Positions 7,906-18,110 of a stretch of 64,000 bases of DNA are shown here, one piece after another. The translations under genes and the position numbers were made by a program. Under the pieces are notes generated by a model, which saw nothing but the letters and a program-made list of their open reading frames with translations, ran no database searches and had not been told where the DNA came from. The stretch is from NCBI GenBank assembly GCA_017443175.1, contig JAFSOZ010000005.1, forward strand, positions 801 through 64,800. Direction: 5' to 3'. Position 1 is the first letter of the stretch. Every line of letters begins with the position of its first letter. The DNA is from Bacteroidales bacterium (GTDB lineage Bacteria > Bacteroidota > Bacteroidia > Bacteroidales > WCHB1-69).

Positions 7906-9384
7906 TTATTTGGATTCCGAAGAATAATTGGGGGCTTCGGAGGTGATGGTGATGTCATGCGGATGGCTTTCGAGCACGCCGGCGTTGGTGATGCGGCAGA
8001 AGCGTGCGTTGTGTAGCTCCTCAATGTTGTGGGCACCGCAATAGCCCATACCGGAGCGCAAACCGCCAGCCATTTGGTAGATGACTTCATAAAGGTCGCC
8101 CTTGTACGGCACACGGCCCACGATGCCTTCCGGCACGAGTTTCTTGGCATCCTCCACATCGCTCTGCATGTAGCGGTCTTTGGATCCTTGCTGCATGGCC
8201 TCCAAGGAGCCCATGCCTCTGTAGGTCTTGAATTTACGTCCGTTGAACAGGATGGTGGTGCCAGGAGATTCCTCCACGCCGGCCAGCAGACCGCCCAACA
8301 TCACGGAACTGCCGCCAGCGGCGAGCGCTTTCACTATGTCGCCGGAGTAGCGGATGCCACCGTCGGCAATCAGAGGGATATTGTAAGATTGGAGGGCTTT
8401 ATAGACGTCATAAACGGCGCTCAGTTGGGGTACGCCCACGCCGGCCACCACGCGGGTGGTGCAGATAGAGCCAGGGCCAATGCCAACTTTCACGGCATCT
8501 GCGCCAGCGTCAGCCAGCATCTTGGCGGCCTCGCCCGTGGCGATGTTGCCCACCACCACGTCCACACCCGGGAAGTGCTGTTTCACGACCTTCAACACGT
8601 TGACCACATTTTGGGAGTGGCCGTGCGCACAGTCCAGCACCAGCGCATCCACGCCGGCTTCCACCAGGGCTTCTGCACGCTCCACGGCGTCGGTGGTGAT
8701 GCCCACGCCCGCGGCCACGCGCAAACGCCCCTGCGCATCCTTGCACGCGTATGGCTTGTCCTTGGCTTTCGTGATGTCTTTATAAGTGATGAGCCCTAAC
8801 AAGGTGCCGTCCTCCGCTACCACCGGCAACTTTTCGATTTTGTACTGTTGTAAGATGTCCGTGGCCTTGTTGAGGTCCGTGTCCCGGGAGGTCGTGATGA
8901 GGTTGTCCTTGGTCATCACCTCCGAAATGGGCTTGTTGAAATTCTTTTCAAAACGCAGGTCGCGGTTGGTGACGATGCCGATGAGACGGTTTTTGTCATC
9001 CACCACCGGGATACCGCCGATCTTGTATTCGGCCATGATGCGCAACGCATCACCCACGGTCTTGTCGGCTGTGATGATCACCGGTGCGTTAATCATGCCG
9101 TTTTCGGCACGCTTCACGGAAGCCACCTGCTTGGCCTGTTCCGCAATGGTCATGTTCTTATGGATGACACCAATGCCGCCTTCACGGGCGATGGAAATGG
9201 CCATCTTGGCTTCCGTCACGGTGTCCATGGCGGCGGACACAAATGGCAAGTTAAGCTGTATGTTGCGTGTGAAGCGGGTCTGCAAACTCACTTCTTTGGG
9301 TAGCACATCGGAATAGGAGGGAATCAAGAGAACGTCGTCAAACGTCAATCCTTCAAGAGCGATTCTATCTGTAATAAAAGACAT
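7906..9384 (-). CDS. guaB: IMP dehydrogenase
   Basis: [12 protein letters not shown] pair, [20 protein letters not shown]. Confidence 0.98.
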   Translation of the reverse strand: MSFITDRIALEGLTFDDVLLIPSYSDVLPKEVSLQTRFTRNIQLNLPFVSAAMDTVTEAKMAISIAREGGIGVIHKNMTIAEQAKQVASVKRAENGMINAPVIITADKTVGDALRIMAEYKIGGIPVVDDKNRLIGIVTNRDLRFEKNFNKPISEVMTKDNLITTSRDTDLNKATDILQQYKIEKLPVVAEDGTLLGLITYKDITKAKDKPYACKDAQGRLRVAAGVGITTDAVERAEALVEAGVDALVLDCAHGHSQNVVNVLKVVKQHFPGVDVVVGNIATGEAAKMLADAGADAVKVGIGPGSICTTRVVAGVGVPQLSAVYDVYKALQSYNIPLIADGGIRYSGDIVKALAAGGSSVMLGGLLAGVEESPGTTILFNGRKFKTYRGMGSLEAMQQGSKDRYMQSDVEDAKKLVPEGIVGRVPYKGDLYEVIYQMAGGLRSGMGYCGAHNIEELHNARFCRITNAGVLESHPHDITITSEAPNYSSESK

Positions 9385-9409
9385 AAAATTATTGTTTTTT
9401 TATTACGCG

Positions 9410-9460
9410 CAAAAATATAAAAAAAAGAGAAAGAACAAACAGATAAAAGTGTTATTTTTG
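9410..9460. promoter_or_regulatory. Divergent -7 promoter elements for guaB (9410-9417, -) and ridA (9453-9460, +)
   Basis: TATTTTTG on each strand. Confidence 0.6.
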
Positions 9461-9510
9461 CCCATTGCTTCTTAAAAACAACAATTGTTTAATTATCAAA
9501 CTTTTATAAA

Positions 9511-9891
9511 ATGAAAAAAGTAATTCATACAGAGAAGGCTCCGGCCGCCATCGGTCCGTATAGCCAGGCGATTGAGGCCAACGGCATGTTGTTTATTTCC
9601 GGTCAGATACCGGTTGACCCTGCTACTGGCATTGTGCCGGAAGGCATCACAGCTCAAACCGAACAGGTGATGAAGAACATTGCCGCCATTCTGCTGGAGG
9701 CCGGTTATTCTTTCGATGATGTGGTGAAGACCACCTGCCTGTTGAGCGATATAGCCAACTTCGGCGCGATGAACGAGGTCTATGCCCAGTATTTCCTGGT
9801 CAACCCGCCCGCAAGAGCCGCCTTCGCCGTCCGCGACCTGCCCAAAGGCGTGATGGTGGAAATCGAGACTATCGCTGTAAAATCCAAATAA
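9511..9891 (+). CDS. ridA: RidA/YjgF family imine deaminase
   Basis: [24 protein letters not shown]. Confidence 0.95.
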   Translation: MKKVIHTEKAPAAIGPYSQAIEANGMLFISGQIPVDPATGIVPEGITAQTEQVMKNIAAILLEAGYSFDDVVKTTCLLSDIANFGAMNEVYAQYFLVNPPARAAFAVRDLPKGVMVEIETIAVKSK

Positions 9892-9899
9892 TCAAACCG

Positions 9900-10349
9900 C
9901 TATCTGTCCGCGCTGTCCAACAGGATGGTGACCGGCCCGTCGTTGACAAAATCGACTTTCATGTCCGCGCCGAAACGCCCGGTCTCCACGGTCAGCCCGT
10001 AAAGTTCGCGCAGCAGCGTGTTGAAATACGCATACAACGGCTCCGCCACCTCCGGCGGGGCCGCTTTTATGAAGCTCGGACGGTTGCCCTTGTGCGCGTT
10101 TCCGTACAAGGTGAACTGCGAAATGCTCAATATCGCACCCCCCACTTCGGCTAACGAGAGGTTCATTTTGCCCTCCGCATCGTTGAAAATCCGCATGTTG
10201 GCGACCTTCTTCGCCAGATATTCCGCCTCCTGTTTTGTATCACTGTGCGTGATGCCTACCAGCAACAGGAATCCCGTGCCAATCTGCCCGACGGTTTCCC
10301 CGTCAATCCGAACCTCCGCCCGGCTGCAACGTTGTACGATTATTCGCAT
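9900..10349 (-). CDS. dtd: D-aminoacyl-tRNA deacylase
   Basis: MRIIVQR, SQFTL, NDGPVT; -7 promoter at 10371-10378. Confidence 0.96.
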   Translation of the reverse strand: MRIIVQRCSRAEVRIDGETVGQIGTGFLLLVGITHSDTKQEAEYLAKKVANMRIFNDAEGKMNLSLAEVGGAILSISQFTLYGNAHKGNRPSFIKAAPPEVAEPLYAYFNTLLRELYGLTVETGRFGADMKVDFVNDGPVTILLDSADR

Positions 10350-10403
10350 ATTCTTTGTTTTTTTAACGTGCAAAAGTACTAAAAATCGTAGAATGTATTA
10401 CAA

Positions 10404-10459
10404 AACTCTCCACCCCAACACTCTTCTCTAAACTCTAAACCCTCCACTCTAAACTCTAA
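10404..10459. repeat. 7-bp tandem repeats (AACTCTA-type) between divergent promoters
   Basis: aactcta aaccctc cactcta aactcta. Confidence 0.7.
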
Positions 10460-10493
10460 TTTTTTGTACCTTTGCGCCCTCAAAATCCATCCA

Positions 10494-12383
10494 ATGAACT
10501 ATCTGGCTGTCAATAATCTTACCAAAGCTGTCGGGGAAAAGCTGCTTTTCCAGGACATTACGTTTGGCTTGGAGAAGGGGCAGAAGAGTGCGCTGATTGC
10601 CCGTAACGGCACGGGCAAGAGCACTTTGCTGAACATTATCGTGGGCCGCGACATGCCAGACTCAGGCGAAGTGGTGGTGCGCAACGACATTGTGGTTTCG
10701 TACCTTCCGCAGATGGATGATTTCAACGAGGAGGACTCTGTGCTGAACGCCCTGTTTGACGAGCAAACACCTGTGGTGAAGGCCATCAAGGAATATGAAA
10801 CTTGTGTTTCGTTGCTGGAGCAAGGCAAAACGGATGAGGTTCCACAGGCCCGTATGGATAACGCTATCCTGGAAATCGACCGGCTCAACGCTTGGGATTA
10901 TGAATCCCGAATCAAGGAGATTTTGTCCAAGTTCGGGATACACGATATCTTTAAGAATGTGAATGAGCTTTCCGGAGGCCAGCGCAAGAAGGCTGCCTTG
11001 GCCAAGACGCTGATTGCCGACACCGACCTGCTGATACTGGACGAGCCCACGAACCATTTGGATGTGGAGATGATCGAGTGGCTCGAGAACTACCTGTCAG
11101 CTGCCAATATCACGCTGCTGATGGTGACGCACGACCGCGCGTTTTTGGACAAGGTTTGCAGCGACATCTTCGAGTTGAGCAACGGCAAACTGTTCCATTA
11201 TCGAGGAAAATACGACTATTTCGTAGAGAAAAAAGCCGAACGGCTGGCCAATGAGGCGGCGGAACATGAGCGGCTGAGGAATCTCTATCGGCGCGAGCTG
11301 GAGTGGGTGCACACCTCTCCGCAGGCGCGAACCACCAAGGCACGCGCCCGCATCAACAATTTCGAGAAATTGCAGGAGCAGATGGACCGCAAGGTAGAGT
11401 CTGCGCCGGAGGCCTTTAAAGTGCAATCGGAAAGAATCGGACACAAGATTTTGGAGATCAGCCATTTGGATTTCGCCTATCCCGATCAAGTGATTATCAA
11501 GGATTTCTCCTATATTTTCAAAAGGGGAGAAAAATGCGGTATTGTGGGCAAGAACGGCACAGGAAAGAGCACGTTTTTGAAGATGATTATGGGCGAAGTA
11601 AAGCCCGACGGCGGCAAAATCACCCCGGGTCTCACCATCCAATTCGGATATTTTTCGCAAAACGGCATGACCTACGCCGGCAACAAGATTGTGTTGGAAT
11701 TAGTGAAAGAGCATGCGGAGGTTATCCGCATGGACAACGGCAACTATATCAGCGCGTCGCAGTTTCTCAACCATTTCGGATTCCCGTTCAGCCAGCAATA
11801 CACCTATTACGACGATTTGAGCGGCGGCGAGAAACGGAAACTCCACCTGCTTATCACGTTGTTAAAAAACCCCAATTTTCTCATTCTGGATGAGCCAACC
11901 AATGACTTTGACATCGACACACTGAACCTGTTGGAAGATTTTCTCACCAATTTCGGCGGTTGCATGATTATCGTGTCGCATGACCGTTGGTTGATGAATA
12001 AGCTTGTGGATCATATTTTCGTGTTTGAAGGCGACGGAAAGATCAAGGATTATTACGGTAATTACACCGAGTACCGGCAAGCCAAAGACAAAGAGCTGAA
12101 AATCCAGAAGCTGGTGGAAAAGGCGAATCGTCCCGTGGAGGAGAAGCCGGTGCGAGAGCAATCTAAAAATAAGTTAACATATAAGGAGAAAAGAGAGTTG
12201 GAATCCTTGGAAGTGGAAATCGAGCAATTGGAGGCGGAGAAAAAGGATATTGAAGAAAAAATGAGTGCGGGAGAAGGCAGTCCTGAGGAATTTGCCGCAT
12301 GGGGAAAGCGTTACGCGGAAATAGGTCCATTATTAGAGGAGAAATCAAACCGCTGGCTGGAATTATCCGAAAAACCAACATAA
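10494..12383 (+). CDS. ABC-F family ATPase (Uup-like)
   Basis: Two ABC domains (GTGKST, LSGG, DEPTN), no TM segments, C-terminal coiled coil; TACCTTTG promoter 10467-10474. Confidence 0.93.
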   Translation: MNYLAVNNLTKAVGEKLLFQDITFGLEKGQKSALIARNGTGKSTLLNIIVGRDMPDSGEVVVRNDIVVSYLPQMDDFNEEDSVLNALFDEQTPVVKAIKEYETCVSLLEQGKTDEVPQARMDNAILEIDRLNAWDYESRIKEILSKFGIHDIFKNVNELSGGQRKKAALAKTLIADTDLLILDEPTNHLDVEMIEWLENYLSAANITLLMVTHDRAFLDKVCSDIFELSNGKLFHYRGKYDYFVEKKAERLANEAAEHERLRNLYRRELEWVHTSPQARTTKARARINNFEKLQEQMDRKVESAPEAFKVQSERIGHKILEISHLDFAYPDQVIIKDFSYIFKRGEKCGIVGKNGTGKSTFLKMIMGEVKPDGGKITPGLTIQFGYFSQNGMTYAGNKIVLELVKEHAEVIRMDNGNYISASQFLNHFGFPFSQQYTYYDDLSGGEKRKLHLLITLLKNPNFLILDEPTNDFDIDTLNLLEDFLTNFGGCMIIVSHDRWLMNKLVDHIFVFEGDGKIKDYYGNYTEYRQAKDKELKIQKLVEKANRPVEEKPVREQSKNKLTYKEKRELESLEVEIEQLEAEKKDIEEKMSAGEGSPEEFAAWGKRYAEIGPLLEEKSNRWLELSEKPT

Positions 12384-12390
12384 TATAATT

Positions 12391-13113
12391 ATGATATTTG
12401 ACCAATATTTTTATCATCCGGACCTGACGCAGAGTGTGGTCACGTTGAGTCGGGAGGAGTCGGAGCATTGTATGCGGGCTTTGCGGCACCGTGCGGGGGA
12501 CCGCGTGTTGCTGACCGATGGCAAGGGTCATGAGGCCACCGCGCTCATTGTTTCCGCTGATCCGAAGGCGTGCATGGTGGAGTTGTCGGAGGTGCGTGAG
12601 GTGCGCGCGGGTTCGTCCCATCGCTTGCACTTGGCCATCGCCCCCACCAAGAACATGGACCGGATGGAGTGGCTGGTGGAGAAATGCGTGGAAATCGGCA
12701 TAGAATCGGTCAGTTTCATTGTGTGCGAACACTCAGAGCGTCCCAAAGTGAATCTTGACCGTTTGCAACGCATCGCCATCTCCGCCCTTAAGCAGTGCCA
12801 GACCACCTGGCTGCCGCCGTTGGAATTGCTGACATTCGGCGAGTTTGTCGATGGGCACCGGCAGATGGTTGCAGACAAGTACATAGCTTGGTGCGATGAT
12901 GACAACACACGTCAGTTTGCGGAAGAGGATTTCCGCCATGAGGACGTTATCCTGCTCATCGGCCCCGAAGGGGATTTCAGCCCTGCCGAGATTGCGTGCG
13001 CCAGGGCAGCTGGATACGTTGAGATTAAGCTTGGGAACCGCCGCCTGCGCACGGAAACAGCCGGTCTCTACGGTTGCCTGACAGTAGCCATCAAGACGGA
13101 AAATCATTATTAA
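12391..13113 (+). CDS. rsmE: 16S rRNA m3U1498 methyltransferase
   Basis: EKCVEIG, IGPEGDF, LGNRRLRTETA. Confidence 0.95.
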   Translation: MIFDQYFYHPDLTQSVVTLSREESEHCMRALRHRAGDRVLLTDGKGHEATALIVSADPKACMVELSEVREVRAGSSHRLHLAIAPTKNMDRMEWLVEKCVEIGIESVSFIVCEHSERPKVNLDRLQRIAISALKQCQTTWLPPLELLTFGEFVDGHRQMVADKYIAWCDDDNTRQFAEEDFRHEDVILLIGPEGDFSPAEIACARAAGYVEIKLGNRRLRTETAGLYGCLTVAIKTENHY

Positions 13114-13229
13114 TTTAAAAAATCATTTGTATTAAAAAAAATATTTGTACTTTTGCCATCTTAAAAGTAGTTGGGTCTTTAAGAATCTTAAAAGTAGAAA
13201 GAAGAAAAAAGTAAAATATTAAAAACTAA

Positions 13230-15527
13230 ATGCTTATGAAAAAATTTATGCTCTTAGTATCATTGTTGGCAGTGATGTCTCTCGGTTTCTCAACGAACGT
13301 TGTACCGGTAGATGACGCTGTCAGAGTGTCCAAGAACTTCCTTTCGGAGCGTATCGGCTCCATGGAGGCTCAGAATTTCTCCATCACGCTTGTAGAGACG
13401 GAATATACTACAGACGGCACTCCTGTTTATTATCGTTTCCAAATTGGCAACAAGGGATTTATCATCATTTCCGCTACAGATCAGGTGGCTCCCGTGTTGG
13501 CTTACTCTTTGGAAAGCAATTTCACAAAAGGTCCTGCAGCCTCTTACCTTTGCAGCAGATACAAATCAGAAATTTCTGAGGTTGTAGCCATGCCTTCTAC
13601 CAAATCAAACAGCGAGTGGGCTTACTATTTGTCCGACAATTTCCAACTTAGACCGTCCAAGGGTGCTCCTTGCGTTGAGCCGTTGGTAACGACCACTTGG
13701 ACCCAGAACCCGTACTACAACGCTGAGTGTCCGTACAATCCGAGAACCAAATATGAAAATGATGACAAAAGAGCTCCCGTGGGCTGTGTGGCATTGACGA
13801 TGGCCAATATCATGTTCTACTACCGTTACCCGTCAAGTGGTTATGGCGGTATGCTGTACATCCCTGTGGAATATGATGACAACACTGGTGATGTTCTTTA
13901 TACTTATCCTCCTCAACAAGCTAATTTTGCACAGGCTTCCTATAACTATGATGCCATTCCTAACAGATTGGAATCCTACAATCACGAATTGGCTCATTTG
14001 CTCTATCATTGCGGTGTTGCTACCAAGATGGGATATGGTCACGATGGTTCCGGTACACAATCAGAATACGCGCTCAACGCATTGCAGTCTAATTTCTACT
14101 ATGCACAAATGGCACAATACCAGAATCTAACCGATGTGGTAACCGATACAACAGCTTCTGCTGCCGCAACAACACTTCCTATATGGGAAGAAAGACTTAT
14201 ATCGGAGTTGGACAACCATCGCCCTGTATTCTACTCCGGTCGTAGTGCTGCTGCCGGCGGTCACGCTTGGATTGTGGATGGCTATACCACCATTAACGAT
14301 GCCCATTATTTCCATGTGAACTGGGGTTGGGCTGGAAGCGATAACGGATTCTATCGTCTTCGCAACATGAACACTTCCGGTTATGGCAACTTCAACTATC
14401 AATTCAAAGAAGCCATGATGCTTCGTTTGTTCCCGAACGACACCAATGCTATTGCCAAACCGACCTCTGGTTCAACAAGAGTCACTGCCGCCCATGGTAC
14501 GATATCCGATGGTGCAGGAAATGTGAAATATGCTCCTAACACCAACCGCAGCTGGGTGCTCGCTTGCCCTGATGCCCGAGTTTATAAATTCCAATTCTCC
14601 AAACTGAAATTGAAAAATGGAGACAAAGTGACGATTTACAACGGTGGCACAACAGCTTCCGGTATCAAACAAGAATACACTGGCGAATATAAGATGGCTG
14701 CTTGTTCCGACTATTCCGCACAAAGCGGAAGCACCGCCGGCGATTTTGTTGGCCAAAACCTGCCGGGATCCATTACGGTTACCTCTGACAGTGTGTTAGT
14801 AGTGTTCACCTCCAACAGCGACGATGAGACCAGCTATGGTTTCGTGTTGGATTATGAAGTGACTACATATTATACTAATACTTGCGCCTTGATTGTTCCG
14901 TTCACGAATGTATATAGCGGTTTCATCACAGATAAGAAGAACAATGAAGAGAGCGATGACAACTACAGGGCTTCTACCGTTTGCCAATACAGATTGAACG
15001 GTCTGAGATTCAACACCGGATATGATGTTGCTTTCCCGAAATTCGATTTGAAAGCTGGTGACTATGTGGAATTCTATGACTTGGACAGCGATTTGCCTGA
15101 GAGCCCTGACGGAAGAGATTTCATCATGCGTTTTGACATGAACAATGTGCCTGCTGGCATAATCACCATCCCTGCTACGGATGTGTTGGTGAGATTCGTC
15201 TCCGACAACTGGAAGCAAGGTACCGGTTTCAAGATGGATTTCTACGGTAGATTAGGTGTGCCTTCTCATACTAATTTTGAGGATGCAACCATTTTCCCGA
15301 ACCCTGCAACTGAAAACCTGTTCGTCAAGTTGACTGCGGATGCACAAGACGTGCTGGCCACGGTGGTGGATTTGACAGGCAAGGTGGTTTACACCGACAA
15401 GTTCAACCATGCTGGTGGCGAGCAACAATACACGCTCCCTGTCAACACGTTGGCCAACGGTATCTACTTCCTGAATTTGCAAGGTAAGGACGGTGGCAAG
15501 GTTACTTACAAGTTCATTGTGAAGTAA
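13230..15527 (+). CDS. C10 (streptopain/SpeB-like) cysteine peptidase with prodomain, two CUB-like domains and T9SS CTD
   Basis: PVGCVA catalytic Cys, GHAWIVDGY, HVNWGW; CUB patterns GTISDG..DKVTIYNG..VVFTSN..GF; IFPNPA..GIYFL..KFIVK. Confidence 0.9.
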   Translation: MLMKKFMLLVSLLAVMSLGFSTNVVPVDDAVRVSKNFLSERIGSMEAQNFSITLVETEYTTDGTPVYYRFQIGNKGFIIISATDQVAPVLAYSLESNFTKGPAASYLCSRYKSEISEVVAMPSTKSNSEWAYYLSDNFQLRPSKGAPCVEPLVTTTWTQNPYYNAECPYNPRTKYENDDKRAPVGCVALTMANIMFYYRYPSSGYGGMLYIPVEYDDNTGDVLYTYPPQQANFAQASYNYDAIPNRLESYNHELAHLLYHCGVATKMGYGHDGSGTQSEYALNALQSNFYYAQMAQYQNLTDVVTDTTASAAATTLPIWEERLISELDNHRPVFYSGRSAAAGGHAWIVDGYTTINDAHYFHVNWGWAGSDNGFYRLRNMNTSGYGNFNYQFKEAMMLRLFPNDTNAIAKPTSGSTRVTAAHGTISDGAGNVKYAPNTNRSWVLACPDARVYKFQFSKLKLKNGDKVTIYNGGTTASGIKQEYTGEYKMAACSDYSAQSGSTAGDFVGQNLPGSITVTSDSVLVVFTSNSDDETSYGFVLDYEVTTYYTNTCALIVPFTNVYSGFITDKKNNEESDDNYRASTVCQYRLNGLRFNTGYDVAFPKFDLKAGDYVEFYDLDSDLPESPDGRDFIMRFDMNNVPAGIITIPATDVLVRFVSDNWKQGTGFKMDFYGRLGVPSHTNFEDATIFPNPATENLFVKLTADAQDVLATVVDLTGKVVYTDKFNHAGGEQQYTLPVNTLANGIYFLNLQGKDGGKVTYKFIVK

Positions 15528-15548
15528 TTCTCGCTACAAACGATCTAT

Positions 15549-15582
15549 AAAAAAGGCAGACTTCAAAGTCTGCCTTTTTTTT
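15549..15582. terminator. Bidirectional intrinsic terminator
   Basis: AAAAAAGGCAGACT-TCAA-AGTCTGCCTTTTTTTT between convergent genes. Confidence 0.9.
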
Positions 15583-15601
15583 GTATAATCAAATTCCGTA
15601 T

Positions 15602-16372
15602 TTAAACGTATTTCTTCTTTACCATATTAACCAAAAAACCTGGCAGCAGGAAACAGCAGAGCAGAAAGAAATAGTTGATGAGTCCGGGAATCTTGCGTTT
15701 TCTGCCGTGAAACATGGCACGAAGGCCGCGGTTGGCAATCTGTCGCGGTTTGAGCATGAGACCGAAGCGACACAGCCATTTGCGCATATTGGGTGACAGA
15801 TTATATAGATCGGTGTCCACCGCGCCAGGGCATACGCAGCAAACGTTTACGCCGTAATGGCTCAGTTCGAAAGCCAGCGCTTTGGAGAATTTCACAAGAA
15901 AGGCTTTTGAACTCTCGTAGGCGACAATGGTGGGAAAACTCATGAACCCGGTGATGGAGCCTGCATTGAGGATGTATCCATGGCCTTTCTCTTTCATTTC
16001 CTTGCCGAACAAAATACACAAGTCGGCAGGCGTGGTGATGTGCAACGATAGCATCTTGTCGGTGAGGGCACAGGGTTTCTCCACCACTGCACCGAAGTAG
16101 AACATGCCGGCGTTGTTCACCAGGACCTCAATATCCATGTCGTGCTCGTGGCAGTAGTCATATAGCCGTTGGCCAGCTCCTGCCTCCGCCAAATCCATCA
16201 TGAGGGTTGAGACGGTGATGTTAGGATATTTTGTCTGCAACTCCGTTTGTGCGTTTGCGTTCAGATCCTCGCGATTGCTGACAATCAGTACGTTATAGTT
16301 TCTTGCAGCCAGTCCTTCCGCGTAAGCATACCCGATGCCTGAACTTCCTCCGGTAACCAAAGCGTATTTCAT
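15602..16372 (-). CDS. SDR family oxidoreductase
   Basis: TGGSSGIG, NNAG, YESSK. Confidence 0.92.
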   Translation of the reverse strand: MKYALVTGGSSGIGYAYAEGLAARNYNVLIVSNREDLNANAQTELQTKYPNITVSTLMMDLAEAGAGQRLYDYCHEHDMDIEVLVNNAGMFYFGAVVEKPCALTDKMLSLHITTPADLCILFGKEMKEKGHGYILNAGSITGFMSFPTIVAYESSKAFLVKFSKALAFELSHYGVNVCCVCPGAVDTDLYNLSPNMRKWLCRFGLMLKPRQIANRGLRAMFHGRKRKIPGLINYFFLLCCFLLPGFLVNMVKKKYV

Positions 16373-16400
16373 AATAATTGAGTGTTAATAATTGAGAATT
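16373..16400. repeat. Short 7-bp periodic repeat between sufS and SDR
   Basis: Minus strand aattctc aattatt aacactc aattatt. Confidence 0.5.
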
Positions 16401-17626
16401 TATTGGAGCATTTGAGTGGCTTTTTGTACAGCCTGCACAAAAAAGTCGATTTCTTCTTTCGTGTTGTACAGGGCGAAGGAGGCCCTGACGGTGCCGGGAA
16501 TATGATAGTGGTCCATGATGGGCTGGGTGCAATGGTGTCCCGTGCGCACCGCCACGCCCTGATGATCCAGCAGCACTCCCATGTCGTAAGGATGGATGTT
16601 GCCTACGAGAAAAGAGATGACCGCGGCTTTGTGCGCCGCCTGCCCGATAATCCGCAAACCATCGATTCTCAACAATTCTTGGGTGCCGTATTGCAACAGC
16701 TCCTGTTCGTAGTCGGCAATGTTTTGGATGCCGGTTTGCTGCATGTATTCGATGGCTTTGCGCAGTCCGATGACATCGCCCACCGCCGGTGTACCTGCCT
16801 CAAACTTGAAGGGCAATTCGTTGTAGGTGGTCTTCTCAAACGTCACGGTGCTGATCATTTCGCCACCGCCCTGATAAGGCTTCATCTCCTTGAGCCAACG
16901 TTCCTTGCCGTACATCACGCCGATGCCCATAGGGGCGTACATTTTGTGTCCGGAGAAACAATAGAAGTCACAATCCAGCGCTTGCACATCCACGGCGCCG
17001 TGAGCCACCGCCTGCGCACCGTCCACCATCACGGGCACATGGTGCGCGTGCGCGATGTCAATGATTTCTTTTATCGGATTGATGGTGCCCAAGCTGTTGG
17101 AGACGTGCGTCACGGCAATGATTCTGGTTCGTGGAGTGATGAGAGCCTCTAACTGGTCAATACAAAGTTCTCCCTTTTCGTCGAAGGGGATCACTTGCAG
17201 CTTTGCGCCACGGTCCTCGCACAGGAACTGCCACGGCACGATGTTGGAATGGTGCTCCATCTCGGAAATGATAATCTCGTCACCTTCCTGGATATAGGTG
17301 CGCCCGAAAGAGGCCGCCACTAAATTGATGGACTCCGTGGCCCCGCGTGTGAAGATGATTTCGTGATCGTGAGCGGCGTGGATGAACTGTTGCACGGCCT
17401 TGCGCGCTATCTCGAACTCCTCCGTGGCCTGCTGGCTCAGCGAGTGCACGCCACGGTGAATGTTGCTGTTGATAGTCCTGTAGTAATCCGATAGTGCATC
17501 AATCACCATCATGGGCTTCTGCGTGGTGGCAGCATTATCAAAATAGATCAACGGCTTGTTATAGACCTGTTGATTCAGTATGGGGAAATCTTCTCTATTC
17601 ATTGTTGTCATTTTGTTCGTTGTCAA
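16400..17626 (-). CDS. sufS: Cysteine desulfurase SufS family
   Basis: YFDNAAT, FSGHK, RTGHHC; true start may be at 17602. Confidence 0.95.
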   Translation of the reverse strand: MTTNKMTTMNREDFPILNQQVYNKPLIYFDNAATTQKPMMVIDALSDYYRTINSNIHRGVHSLSQQATEEFEIARKAVQQFIHAAHDHEIIFTRGATESINLVAASFGRTYIQEGDEIIISEMEHHSNIVPWQFLCEDRGAKLQVIPFDEKGELCIDQLEALITPRTRIIAVTHVSNSLGTINPIKEIIDIAHAHHVPVMVDGAQAVAHGAVDVQALDCDFYCFSGHKMYAPMGIGVMYGKERWLKEMKPYQGGGEMISTVTFEKTTYNELPFKFEAGTPAVGDVIGLRKAIEYMQQTGIQNIADYEQELLQYGTQELLRIDGLRIIGQAAHKAAVISFLVGNIHPYDMGVLLDHQGVAVRTGHHCTQPIMDHYHIPGTVRASFALYNTKEEIDFFVQAVQKATQMLQ

Positions 17627-18110
17627 TCAGACCATTGGTGTCGGCATCCTTGTCCCCTTGCATATACCGCAATTGTGTGGCAAACAAGATGATGATGAGC
17701 ACCGTCATGACCACTGCGGACAGGTTCATGGCCATCTTGCCGCCAATAAGGAAATTCAAAATACAGAATTCAAAAATCTGGGCTATTGTATAGATGTGGA
17801 AACCGAGGGGTTTCAGTTTCCAGATCATGATGAGCGCGCCTGCAAAGGAGGCAATCTCCGCCAAAATCAGCAAAAGGTATTGTTGAGGTGTTACCGACAG
17901 GAAAATTTCGAAAATCTCTCTGTATTCGTCCCCGTTGCGCATGGGCATATTCAGTATGAAATCCATGGATTGTCGTATGAGTCCGGGAAAAAAGGCATAC
18001 AGTGAGAAAGATACCACATTCATGCCGGCGTTAATCATTGTGCAAATGGCCAAAAACCACAACACAAAGGTTCTTTGGGGTTTATTATCCTGATTCTTAA
18101 AAAATTCCAT
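17595..18110 (-). CDS. Hypothetical membrane protein
   Basis: About 4 hydrophobic segments, GFHIYTIAQI; in operon between tilS and sufS. Confidence 0.75.
   Translation of the reverse strand: MEFFKNQDNKPQRTFVLWFLAICTMINAGMNVVSFSLYAFFPGLIRQSMDFILNMPMRNGDEYREIFEIFLSVTPQQYLLLILAEIASFAGALIMIWKLKPLGFHIYTIAQIFEFCILNFLIGGKMAMNLSAVVMTVLIIILFATQLRYMQGDKDADTNGLIDNEQNDNNE

Noticed and set aside
8029-8799. Long antisense ORFs (also 23555-24490, 32969-33856, 46802-47785, 61751-62602)
   Set aside because: Shadow frames of well-supported genes with biased codon usage; no motifs.
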